Source of the DNA: Octopus bimaculoides | Taxonomy: Eukaryota | Reading direction: 5' to 3' | Assembly (NCBI RefSeq): GCF_001194135.2 | Contig: NC_068986.1 | Span: 106,456,151 to 106,520,150 of the forward strand | Length of the DNA stretch: 64,000 nucleotides | In this document: positions 52,152 through 63,905 of the stretch, piece by piece | How positions within the stretch are numbered: position 1 is the stretch's first letter | Layout of the letters: the number at the start of each line of letters is the position of its first letter | The notes under the pieces: generated by a model | What the model saw: only the letters and a program-made list of their open reading frames with translations | Databases searched by the model: none | What the model was told of the DNA's origin: nothing | Program-made: the position numbers and the translations under genes

Positions 52152-53505
52152 GAACAAACCTGTTACTGACTTTTAATAAGATGCACCATCCAAAGGCAGA
52201 CGTGGATCGTCTTTACCTTCCCAGAGCTCAGGGAGATCGAGGCTTTATCCAGCTTGAACTTACGTACAAAACCATCACAATCGGACTGGCCAAATACCTT
52301 GAAACAACCAACGATTGGATGCTGAAACATGTTGAAAAACATGAAAGACCGAAAAAAACTTCACTCTATTCTGAAAGAGAGCAAAAAAATTGCTACTGAT
52401 CTCTTAAATACTCACCAGCTTGATCAAGTTGAAGGAAATGCGCCAACTGCTGCTGCAAAGAAAATAAAATTAATTGCAAAGACAAAAGCACATGAAAAAT
52501 TAGCTAGCAGATGGGAAGAGAAACCTCTGCATGGCAAGTATGTGGCTCGTAGCAAACAAGCTGATGTCGACCAGAAACGCACGCATCAATGGCTACGAAG
52601 CTCAGGACGGTATATACGTCGAAACCGAAATGCTGATGTAGACCAGGCAACAACCCATCTGTGGTTGAAAAGCTCAGGACTGAAAGCAGCGACTAAAGGT
52701 TTCATATTAACGACACAAGACCAAAGCTTGCTAACCAAAAGCTATCAGGCTAACCTTCTTCAAAATAGTTCTGACCATAAATGCAGATTCTGCGGCACAT
52801 TTGACGAAACAATGTATCAAATGTCCTGCGCTGACACCAAACGAATACAAAAATTACCACGATAGGATAGGAGCATTTTTACATTGGAAAATATTTAAAC
52901 ACAAAATCAACACTCCTGCTTACTGGTATGTACATTATCGTGAGCCAGTGTCTGATATTTCAAATGTCATTATCCCTTGGGATTTTCTAATCATCACCGA
53001 CAAAGCGATTCAGGATAATCGACCAGACATAGTCATTAAAGTCAGGGAAGAAATACTTGTAGTCTAATAGATGTAAGTGTTCCCACTGATAAAAATATAT
53101 CCGTGTTCGAACTGTAAAAATATATCTGACAAATTAAGTAAATATAAGGAGCAGAAAATTGAAATATAAAAGATGTGGCATCTTAAAGCGAGAGCTGTTC
53201 CTTTTCTTGTGGGTGCACTAGATATGATAAAAAAGGTATCTCAAAAACATCTAAATAAAATCCCAGGAGAACTATGTCTCAGAGAAATCTAAAAGATTGT
53301 GGTGACATGTACTGCCCACGTTCTTTAAAACATATTATCAATCTAAATGTCTGTGTTGTCTTACATGAAGATATTTCGCTACTGCCCCTGCCACTTCCCC
53401 TCCCCAAGCTTTCAGTCATACTGTAACATCTCTTATCCTTCAATCACCCTAGGACGCTGAGTGTGTCTCGGCAACTGATTGTAGCAAACGTGCAGAGTAA
53501 ATGCA

Positions 53506-53508
<3 letters not shown>
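52152..53508 (+). mobile_element. R4/Dong-type LINE, 5'-truncated (post-RT region, zinc knuckle, RLE, 3' UTR)
   Basis: MHHPKADVDRLYLPRAQGDRG, WEEKPLHGKY, QDQSLLTKSY, CRFC..DET...CPAL...YKNYHDRI, WDF...TDK...NRPDIV..IDVSVP and VGALDMIKK. It ends in (AAT)n and has several frameshifts. Confidence 0.92.
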
Positions 53509-53565
<57 letters not shown>

Positions 53566-53566
<1 letters not shown>

Positions 53567-53670
53567 GTAAACATAAGAGCACCACAGCAAACCACAGCAC
53601 ATACCCAAGGCGCACAGAGCTGCGCTCGGTAGTGAAGTGAAAGCACGTTATAAAAATAAAACCACTGAAC
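53566..53670 (+). mobile_element. 3' UTR-only copy of the family at 51761, in (AAT)n
   Basis: aagagcaccacagcaaaccacagcacatacccaaggcgcacagagctgcgctcggtagtg is nearly identical to 51870-51960. Confidence 0.85.
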
Positions 53671-53736
<66 letters not shown>

Positions 53737-55272
53737 TCGAGAAATGAAAGTGGTATAGTGTAAGAGATGAACAATTGTCCGCAAGAATACAATACCGTGA
53801 ATTGTGAACGAATTAAGGTCAGTGACTGCTCAAATAATGAAGATCGATTAATAATAGACAGAATTGTGGATCTATTAAATACAGAAGGGACAGAATTTGT
53901 GTGCAACTTTAAGAAGGCTAACTAATGGAGACTAAATCGAATAAAGTCAATATTGAATAAAGTCAATAAAGACACATTGGAATAAAGAACATCACACAAA
54001 CAAATACATTTCCATGGCTGCTAGTAGGATTGTGGCGGAAAGGATGAGACTGGGAACTACTGAGAATAGAACAGCGACGGATAGAAGAGAAAATAAACGA
54101 CCTTGGTGGAAAAGGAGAATTTCTGAAGATGTAAACTCATTGAACAGCGTAATGTCAGTACTTGTCAAGAAAAGAAATGGAGAACTTAAGAATGAATATA
54201 AATTCGAAAAAGTTAATAAGACTATGGTGTAGATAGAAAAGACCTGGATGTTGTAATTGAAGAACTGAAGCCGCACATACGCGCGCAAAAAAGCAAAGCT
54301 AGCTAGGTTTGGAGAACGTCGTAAGCAATGCCAGCAAAACAAATTGTTTAGAACCGATCAATAACGATTTTACCAAGAGATTAATGACAATAAAAAAAAA
54401 CTTGAAAGATTAGTCCCTGATGCTGATGAAAGTTCACGCTTTGTGGGTAAGATATAGAGTAAGCAAGAACAACATAATACTACAGCTGAATGGATTTGCA
54501 GCTTGAAGCAAACAACTTCTTATCCCCCAGCAAGAGGCTACCCACTTCACAGAAAACAGTATCATAAATATGAGTAAAAAGATAAGCAATTGGAAACTAG
54601 CAGGATCTGATGGTATATATGGATTTGGGATTAAAAAGTCCAGTAGTTGTCATAAATTGATCGCAGAACAATTTAATACATTGATTAATGGAGAATTTGA
54701 AGTCCTCGGCTGGTTGACAAAAGGACGAACGGTGTTGTGCCTGAAGGATACATTAAAGAGAAACACTGCTGACAATTACAGACCAATTTCCTGTCTCCCG
54801 TTAATATTGAAGTTACTGTCAGAAGGAATTGCAGAAGAAGTGTACAAATTTCTTGATGAGGACGATATATTACCGACGGAATAAAACGGCTGTAGAAGGT
54901 GATGCAGAAGTACCAAAGATCAACTACTGGTAGACAAAATGATAATGCAATATTGTAAACGAAAGAGAACAAATCTGGGAATGGCCTGGATTGACTATTG
55001 CAAAGCTTATGACATGATTCCACATTGGTGGATCATCGAGTGCTTCGATCTGTTTGGAATTGCGAGGAATGTAACGTGTTTCCTGAAGAGAAGAATGGTG
55101 CGATGGAAAAAACTGAACTGACATCTTACGGAAAAAGCTTGGGCACGCTGGGTACCAGGAGAGGGATACTCCAGGGTGACAGCCCGTCTCCGCTGCTTTT
55201 CGTTCTTTGCCTGATACTCTTGAACGTGGTACTCAAGCAAATGAACCTGGGTCGCCAACTGACGATGCGGTA
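53737..55272 (+). mobile_element. R4/Dong-type LINE fragment: pre-RT region and first half of RT
   Basis: PWWKRRI, NWKLAGSDGIYGF, GRTVLCLKD...[36 protein letters not shown] and RGILQGDSPSPLLFVL. Stops and frameshifts are present. Confidence 0.9.
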
Positions 55273-55284
55273 AGAATTATCCAT

Positions 55285-56100
55285 TGGGAGCTCTGCGGAA
55301 ATCAAAGCCTAAAAAGAGCAAAGACGTGGTATGAATAAACCCCAGAAGGAATCACCGAAAATAAAACTTCCAAGCAGTCAACCACCTCCTCATTATTCCA
55401 AAGAATAATGAAACTAAATTTCCGTAAAACCTTCGGCCCATAATCTGCCTATCTACCACGTATAACATTTTAACATCCATCCTCGTGGAGAAAACACACG
55501 CATTTATGGAGCACAACAATATTTTCCCTACTGAACAAAAAGGGTGCCGATGAGGCTCATATGGATGCAAATATCAGCTCTTAATCAATCTCATATTCCC
55601 CGAGAACTGCCGTAACAAGCGCAGAAATCTCAGTCCCGCATGGATTGATTATAAAAAGGCCTTTGACAGCATACTGTATTTATGGATTTTAAAATCGCTA
55701 GATAACTTCAAAATTTCACCAGTAGTTTCAAACTTCTCAAGCACAACATGTCAGTTTAGAATACGAATCTCGATTTGCACCACTCTAATGGTGCAATGAC
55801 ATCCAACGGTATTAATATCAACTATGGCATTTTCGAAGGTACTCACTTACACCCCAAACTTTTTGCATAGCCATAATACTCCTTACAAGTGAACTTAACA
55901 GAATAAGGTATGGGTTGAAAACTAACAAGACAATAATCCATCTAGTTTATATGGAGGACTTAAAACTCTATGACAAAGATAATAATGAGCTTGAGGGTCA
56001 ATTACGTACTGTGAAAGCATTCAGTGATGACATCAGGATGGAATTTGGTCTTGGTAAATGTGTCAAGGTCACTTTCCAGAAGAGAAAATTGAAGACGTCA
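55285..56100 (+). mobile_element. R4/Dong-type LINE RT fragment (different subfamily)
   Basis: LRPIICLSTTYNILTSI, EQKGCR*GSYGCKYQLLIN, AWIDYKKAFDSI and HLVYMEDLKLY...FSDDIRMEFGLGKC. Confidence 0.9.
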
Positions 56101-57584
56101 TTAGATGCTAATTGGGGAAAATGCACGTGTTGCTTTCAGAGTGGCATTTTCTCACTTGAAAAAGCTTCAGGCATTAGCATCGATTGATTTCTAACGTCTC
56201 TAATAATATCTCTTTTATTGCACACTAGAGCTGGCCGCAGCCAAAAATGGCAAAACAATCAATGAATGATTTTGTGATTGAATGAAGACATGTGTCGGCA
56301 AGTGCGCCCATCATTTCTACATCTGTATAAAAGATTATAGGTCCCTAGCTGGACAATAGTCTGCGCTGTTCATAATTTTCAGAAAATTGTTAGAATTAGA
56401 GTTGCAGTCGTCACGTACTTACGTACACCTATGTATGCGTGTGTACAAAAACAGTCTTAGAAATTTTCTAGAAGTTAACGGTTTTCTCTTTTGCGTACAT
56501 TTTAGTCTTAGAATGTCCCCTACATTTGGTGTTCAACATTTTTAACATTTCGCTTGCATTCATTCCTTTAAATGTATTTCAGTATTGTTTCTAATTTTAT
56601 CACTTCTATATTTCCATTATGAACGGCACATATACTAACATATTTTTTGTTAATTAGATTACACGAGTCTTTGTGTTAATTGCTGTTTTGTTTTTTGTAC
56701 CATAGAAATTATATTGCCAATTATTTCTTCACACCACTGGAAAAAAAATGTTTTCTGAAGGAATAGCAATTATCTTTCAAGTTAGCGTTATATAATTTAA
56801 CATACTTTGATAAGTTCGGGGTATATTATATAGATAGCTAAAGAAATTATGAATCGTTCGTACCAATATTTAATAGAAGTTTGCAAATAGAATTCTGTGC
56901 ATCACACTCTTCGATATGTAATATGTTGTATCAGCCTCTTTTAAAATTTTGAAGTGATATTTTTAAAGTTGGATATTTATTCCAAAAGTGCAAAGATCCG
57001 GTTTACGTGTACAGTATAGTCTCAGCTATTGTTCATAAGCATAAATTTATTACTCTTAAGCTTTAATCCTCCAGAGAAGAAAATAGGGATTAATCTGTGA
57101 CATACTCGACTGTGGACTTTAACAAAATTATATGTGGACTTGAATACATATGCTCCCCACAGTTTCTATTTAGCTATACAGAAATACACGTGATGTTCTA
57201 AATGCTAGTTAGGTATTGCGCAATTCAAATTTGGGTATGTCACAGGTTAATCCCTATTTTCACATATCGATGTTCTTACTTTACTTCTTTCTACATCTCA
57301 AACAGAGTCTATATCATGTTAAAAGCGCTTCCATTGATTTTTACCAAAAGACATAATTTTGAGAGCACCATTTCAGGCGATTAATAAGTTAATTTGTTCT
57401 CCACTTTCTATTATATGATTTTCATTTAAATCATACAACAATAAACTCTTGATATTTAATCTTCTAGCATATCTGTATATAGAAACATGCATGTTATAAT
57501 AATTTGGTGATATAAATTTAACGGCAGTTCTTATATGCTCAATTAAACAACATACAACGTTGCTAACTTTATTCTAAATCTAAT

Positions 57585-57745
57585 ATTGGACCCTAATTTT
57601 GGTACAACGCCAGCGGTTTATATTATTGAACACAAAAGGATGAAAGACAAAGTCGACCTCGGAAAAATTTGAGCTAGGAATGGAAGAAATGCCGCTAAGC
57701 ATTCTGCCCAGCGTGCTAACCACTCTGATATCCCGCTGCCTTATA
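57585..57745 (-). mobile_element. SINE family A
   Basis: aaaggatgaaagacaaagtcgacctcgg...ccgctaagcatt..gcccagcgtgctaac. Confidence 0.8.
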
Positions 57746-57837
57746 TTCTAAATCTAATAGCAGTTGTCATTGATTAACATATATATATGAATGTATGTAT
57801 GCATGCATGTATGTATGTATGTATGTATGTATATATA

Positions 57838-57998
57838 TACAACAAGTTTCTTTCAATTTACATCTACCAGATTCACTCACAAGATTTTGGTCGGCCCGAG
57901 GCTATAGTAGAAGACACTTTCCCAAGGTACCACGCAGTGGAACTGAATCCGGAACAATGTGGTTGGTAAGCAATTTAATTACCGCACAACTGCGCCTA
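57838..57998 (-). mobile_element. SINE family B, 5' half
   Basis: ctcacaagattttggtcggcccgaggctatagtagaagacac...ccacgcagtgg...tgtggttggtaagc. Confidence 0.85.
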
Positions 57999-58040
<42 letters not shown>

Positions 58041-59889
58041 ATAATATTTTCATTTAATCAAGATACTTTTAGCCTGAAACGAAGCCTGCGGTATATCTCT
58101 CGCTTGGCTATTTAACACTTCCGAGGTTACACTCGCTAGAAAACATATGTTACCCAGATTTTATCTATTCTGTTCCTTAACTCTTGGATTTTTATTCGCT
58201 TACCTGGCAACCCTAGCGAATTACCGTGAAATATCAAAAATCATTTTCAACTTATCGTACTTCGGTACAAAAATAATCCAAAACCTTCCGCTCCAATAAA
58301 CCACTATCGTTCCTGAAAGATGTTCTTTTATTCTATTTCCTAGGAATTGCTTGAAGCTCGCTTTCGTCCTACACCTCGAACCTAGGACTATACACAAATA
58401 CATACATACACACCTACATGCATGCATATATATATATATATATAGATGCGTGTGTGTGTGTGTGTGTGTGTGTGTATCGTCGGAATAAGTTTGAATATAA
58501 AGTAAAATTTGCATAAGTATTACTGGTATCCAAATACGTTAAATGGAAGAGATTTACGCAACTTGCGCTGTGACTCTATGACTGTACTCCGGTCTAATCG
58601 CAACTCACTGGTTGACAAAAATATAATTGATTGATTGAATCGCTACTGTAACCACTAATCACTAAACCCGTTTAACCACGAACTACCGCCTTGCTTCCTG
58701 TCTACAACTTGGTGTACATACTTCAAATGTATTCAAAACTATAACAATAATTTTTAATTAGCAGGCTGAACTCTCACAGTTCACCATAATTCTCTGTCGT
58801 AGATTTGACTATACATGTGTAAAAACATAAATGTTTGATTATAACACGTCACGATTGTATTTATGGCTTTATAGTTAGAGTATATGTATCTTATATCTTG
58901 CATCTATCGTTTCGCTTGTAGTCATTTTAATTATTTCAACTTGTGATACATCAGGCTTTTGTAATTGTATACAATGGAATACATATTGATTTGATATTAA
59001 CTCTATTGAATAGAATTGAGACACAGAAATAATTTCTTAGCACTAACAGTACACTGGAGTTTATCTCGAATTTACATACGAATTATCATGCAATGTGAAT
59101 AAATAAATATTTGAATAAGCAAATGCTTACGTATAAAAGAACGATAGAAATAAATCATTTGAAATTGTATATGATGCATAAATGTTCAGCATTGGAAATT
59201 GTTTTGAATAGAATATACGGGAGGTGTGACAGGAATTGAAGTCAGCATGAAAGAAAGAAGTTATAAAAGAAAGATCAATGGTTCGATACAGATAAGTATC
59301 ATTGATATTATTTAGAGGTGAGGACTAGAATATGTTTCCTAGAAATGGCTAGATGCGGATGAGCCTGTTCGGATCGCACGTCTAGTGGTTCAGTGCTTGC
59401 CTATGGAACCCCCCACGTATTAGTAGATTTGGTAATGATGTTCAAATGAATACACTAGCTGAAGTGTATTCACTTGAAAAAGATACAGACATTTTCGACA
59501 TTTCTGCTGATGTTACCAATATGCATTATTGCACCTTTCTCATACATATTTTGCCTTGAATTCTGCCCTATCTACTTCAATATATCGCAGTAAATATCAT
59601 GGTGTGACCAATACAAAATCAATGAATTCCAAATACCCAGTCACCATAGTAACAAACGCATATTATAGTGGAGATACACCCTTGATGTCAGATATGGTTA
59701 CGGGAGACGCTCTTATTTCGTAGCCAGGAGAATACTACAGGAGGCATCGATCTGTACGTTAGTGCAATAAAAAGGTCGATCATCAGATGTCATTTGATTG
59801 TTTGAATGCTCCACGAAACATTCGCATGAACAGTGATGAATAATACGATTAGACGCAGCTGACTGGATATTCAATATATATATGCATGT

Positions 59890-60180
59890 ATATATATATA
59901 TATAAGTTCAAAAAACAGTCAAAAAACAATAACAAAAAACAACAACGTGAGGACGTGATACGGATAGTATTACCTGACGCTCGGGAGAGGAAAGAGAGAG
60001 AGTATGACGTTTCGGACGGAGCCCTTTGTCGGAAACAAGGAAAGTTCAAAGAAGGGAAAAACGGAGGAAGAAAAAATCAGCACCGATGTCCACGAGGTTA
60101 CATTGTGGAAGGACCGGAAGAGGAAGTGGTGGAGGAAAAGTTCTTTCTAAGACAGGAGAGTGAAAAAGGTAGGTGAATAT
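59890..60180 (-). mobile_element. Penelope-type repeat related to H1 (hammerhead-like motif 60002-60036)
   Basis: Reverse complement: ccgacaaagggctccgtccgaaacgtcatac...cccgagcgtcaggtaatact...gtcctcacgttgttg, ending in (TA)n. Confidence 0.55.
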
Positions 60181-60369
60181 GTGTGCATGCGCGAGGGTCT
60201 GCAAGTGTGCGTGTAATAACAGAACGTGTGTGTGCGTATGTATGTGTGCGTATGTATGTGTGCGTGTGTGTGCGAGGTTTGGTTGTTTATCTGTTAGTGT
60301 GTATGTGTATGTGTTTGTGTGACGTAGTGGAAGGAATTAGTAGCAGGAATAGTTAGGGAGTGCTTGTGG

Positions 60370-60410
<41 letters not shown>

Positions 60411-60483
60411 GTGTCGGTATTGGCAGTGGAGTTGTGATTCTCCTAGTTACTATGTGTATTTTTATTTAGAGTTTAAAAACATT

Positions 60484-60645
60484 TTAGATACTAATTCCAT
60501 TCACGTTATTTACAATTGACGGATATTTGTCCTCATCTTGTTTGTTGTTAACACAACGTTTCGGCTGATATACCTTCCAGCCTTCATCAGGTGTCTTGGG
60601 GAAATTTCGAACCTGGGTTCTCATTCCGAGGGTATTTTTCGATGT
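60484..60645 (-). mobile_element. Penelope-type repeat family H2
   Basis: Reverse complement: catcgaaaaatacc...gagaacccaggttcgaaatttccccaagacacctgatgaaggctgg...cagccgaaacgttgtgttaacaacaaacaagatgaggacaaatatccgtcaa. Confidence 0.8.
60550..60595 (-). ncRNA. Minimal type I hammerhead ribozyme, intact catalytic core
   Basis: GACAC-CUGAUGA-A-GGCUG-GAAGGUAUAU-CAGCC-GAAAC-GUU-GUGUU. Stem I has 5 bp (one GU), the core is canonical CUGAUGA/GAAA, stem II has 5 bp, stem III is the palindrome AACGUU, and the NUH triplet is GUU. Confidence 0.7.
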
Positions 60646-60662
60646 TTTTACTCTTATTATTA

Positions 60663-60699
<37 letters not shown>

Positions 60700-60720
60700 T
60701 GTCACTATCTGGAATCGAAC

Positions 60721-60800
60721 GCGGAAATATGGCCTAGTGGTTAAGAGCGCAGGCTACTAACGCCAAGATTCTGACTTCGATTCCAGGCAGTAACCTGAAT
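60721..60800 (+). mobile_element. tRNA-derived SINE head (different family), not a tRNA gene
   Basis: A-box tggcctagtgg and B-box-like ttcgattcc are present, but there is no complete acceptor stem. Confidence 0.6.
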
Positions 60801-60815
60801 ACTAATAATATTTTG

Positions 60816-61016
60816 TATTCTAGGCACAAGGCCCCAAAAATTTAGGGGATGGGACCTAAATTAGATCGACCCCAGTACACAACTGGTACTTAATTTATCG
60901 ACCCCGAAAGGATGAAAGGCAAAGTCGACCTCGGAGGAATTTGAACTCAGAACGTAAAGACAGACGAAATACCGCTAAGCATTTCGCCCGGCGTGCTAAC
61001 GTTTCTGCCAGCTCGT
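60816..61016 (-). mobile_element. SINE family A, well preserved
   Basis: gaaaggatgaaaggcaaagtcgacctcggaggaatttgaactcagaacg...gcatttcgcccggcgtgctaacgtttctgccagctcg. Confidence 0.92.
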
Positions 61017-61017
61017 A

Positions 61018-61113
<96 letters not shown>

Positions 61114-61158
61114 AAGAAGAAGAAGAAGAAGAAGAAGAAGAAGAAGAAGAAGAAGAAG

Positions 61159-61188
<30 letters not shown>
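61018..61188 (+). repeat. Compound microsatellite (AAT)n(AAG)n(AAC)n
   Basis: Read directly from the sequence. A similar (AAT)n(AAG)n tract lies at about 51975-52150. Confidence 0.98.
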
Positions 61189-61189
<1 letters not shown>

Positions 61190-61360
61190 TCGAAAAATAC
61201 CTTAGGAATGAGAACCCAGATTCGAAATTTCCCCAAGACACCTGATGAAGGATGGAGAGTGCATCAGCCGAAAATTGTGTTAACAAGAAACAAGATGAGA
61301 ACAAATATCCGTCAATTGTAAATAATGCACATAATTCCTCATCTCTTAAATATAGAACTC
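61188..61360 (+). mobile_element. Penelope-type repeat family H2 (hammerhead 61237-61281, degraded)
   Basis: gacacctgatgaaggatgg...cagccgaaaattgtgtt. Stem II is mutated and CG is lost from stem III. Confidence 0.8.
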
Positions 61361-63181
61361 TAATTCGATTCAGCATGTTACCATATTGATAGAGTGCAGA
61401 CGACTGTGCGCTGTCATTATACTCTCGCCAGTGTACATTTAGTCTCTCAGCTAAGCTCCTAGAGGTCTCCACACTTTATGCTGTATTCTGGTTCGTACAT
61501 TCACTCTCCATGCATTTTATGCGGGAGACTAAATTCGTCGTCTTACATTTATAAGAACATACAATGTATTTCCTATCAATATATGTGGCCTTGTCGAATG
61601 GTTATGTCATACATATCTGTGACCTGATGAACCCCTTGGTTTCTTGACTAGTTTAATGCAGAGTTTAGCTAAAAACATTGTTAAAGGGCCTACGTGCTAT
61701 TAAATGCCTCGCTTTGCTGGACACTGCTAAAGGAATAGTAAGAAGCTGGTTGATGACAACCTACTTTGTATAACTCAGCTGGTTAATCACATTCGGCTTT
61801 TTTCGATAACATGCGTCGATCTTTTAACATATGACACAGGCTGTCATGAAGAGGGAATGTCACATGATGCAGAAGATATTGAAAGTAGGGAGAGGTTAGC
61901 GTCACACAATGATGAGTGAACTCCTTCCAATGACGATGATGATAATAATGGTAGTGGTGGTAGTAGTGGTGTAACTGATGGTTGTGGTGATGGTATTTGT
62001 GACGGTGGTGGTTGTGGTGATGCGTCAAGGAGAATCTAGTGGACCAACATAATTAGTTATGGATAATACAGTTCCATGCAATCAGAATTTAATTCATTAG
62101 TTCTGAATACATAAAAATAGAAAAAATTAAAAAAATAATAATATCCAATGCATAGAAGAAATCAAGTTGTCGTATGGGTGCTAATTGAATTCTTGTCACG
62201 TAATCGTAATTTCAAATTTACTTGTTACCTCGAGAAACAGTAATTTCACCAAAAAATACCTCCCTTACACACAAACGATTGTAACATAAAACACCATTAA
62301 CACCAGTACTTTTGTTACGATAAAATATCCTGCAACAAATGTCACACAGACGTAAATGACGTAATGTCAGAGGTAAACTGACAATAAAAGAACAACTTCA
62401 TTATTGCTAATAAATTTTAAGTAAGTAACATTAAAAAGTTAACTAGACAAAAAAATTATATGTCTCGAAAATAAAGAAGGATTACTGAGTTATATTTATT
62501 TTAATTGTTATAGAGGTTACCTGAGAAAAGTACGAGCATATTATAGTCTATAGTGAAAGGGGGGACTTGACTTTACTGAAACTGTCGATTAGTGAAGGGG
62601 GAATCATTGGCTAATTGTACAAGATCGAAATGTGGTTGAAGAATAAACTAGAATTAGCTAATACGTAATAACAGGTGGGCGTATGTCTGTCTGCTGTTAC
62701 ACTTACATTTAACGAAAAAAAAATTTAATGGAAGTGACTTTACATACTACATAGACCGGTTAACAACTAACCACTTAATAGCCACATCAAGAAGCATTTT
62801 TATTTGGACAACCAGGGAAGGATTGGAAAATGCTCGATCTGTAGGTAGATAGACAGAAAAGAACACAAACAGTTTATGTATGTATGCGTTATATCGGCCA
62901 AAAGCACACTAAAATTTTGAGCAGTAATATTTCATGCAATCGTTGGTTATGGCCAGTCGGAAAGTTTCGATTGGTTTCACATCTATTATTGCACTTGGCA
63001 ATGTAGGTAACTCTTTAGACCTGCTGGTCAGAGGCACACAACCTCTTTACTAAAGAAGGTAAAAATACTGTCTTGGTCAGCTTAGTGGTGAGAAAGACCT
63101 AAAATGAGAAATATTTTTCGAAATGAAAGCAGGGATTTCATAAGCCCTACAACCTTTTCCGGTGCAAGATTTCCTCCAATA

Positions 63182-63405
63182 TACGAGGGGTGGGGGGCTG
63201 AAAAAATTCCTAACCTTAAGGGTATCGAGAAATGCCTGCTGAAGGCCCAATCTTACAAGTTCTTTTAAAGGGCTTAGAAATATCGAAGGACCGCTGCAAT
63301 AAGTCTATGAATCTGAGACGGGAATATGTTGAATAAAATCATAATTGAGTGATTCCCTTGTATTTTCTTTTACTTAAAACAAAGAACTTTTTAGCACGCC
63401 TCGTA
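63182..63405 (+). mobile_element. mariner-derived MITE (internally deleted, about 224 bp)
   Basis: Termini tacgaggg...ctgaaaaaattcc and gaactttttagcacgcctcgta are inverted. The internal LEISKDRCNKSMNLRREYVE* resembles the mariner C-terminus. Confidence 0.75.
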
Positions 63406-63687
63406 GTCTTCTTAAAGATTCAGATAGGACTTTACAGCATGTCACCACAGAGTGCAGACAATAAAAAAATCTATATAGATAAAAAGCTATATAGATAACA
63501 AAAGAGGCTCTTAGAGTAAATGGCAGCACGTAGGATAAGCTGATAGAAAATAACAACAGGCAAAATTATACGTGATCTTTTCCACGCACATACAATAACA
63601 TAAACGGCGAAACCAAATAATTCGCCAGGAATGTCGGTATAGCCGATCGGGTGGAAACTTTAGCGTAGAAAAATGATTCTTATCTCT

Positions 63688-63905
63688 TTATTGCCCACAA
63701 GGGGCTAAACATAGAGGGGACAAACAAGGACAGACAAAGGGATTAAGTTGATTACATGGACCCCAGTGCGTAACTGGTGCTTAATTTATTGACACCGAAA
63801 GGATGAAAAGCAAAGTTGACCTTGGCAGAATTTGAACTCAGAACGTATAGTCAGACGGAATGCATTTCGCCTGGCGTGCTAACGTTTCTGCCAGCTCGCC
63901 GCCTT
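63688..63905 (-). mobile_element. SINE family A
   Basis: ccccagtgcgtaactgg...gaaaggatgaaaagcaaagttgaccttggcagaatttgaactcagaacg...gctaacgtttctgccagctcgccgcc. Confidence 0.9.

Noticed and set aside
59640-59653. RFX X-box match gtcaccatagtaac
   Set aside because: A rough estimate is a few tenths of a chance match per 64 kb of AT-rich DNA, and no associated gene is identified.
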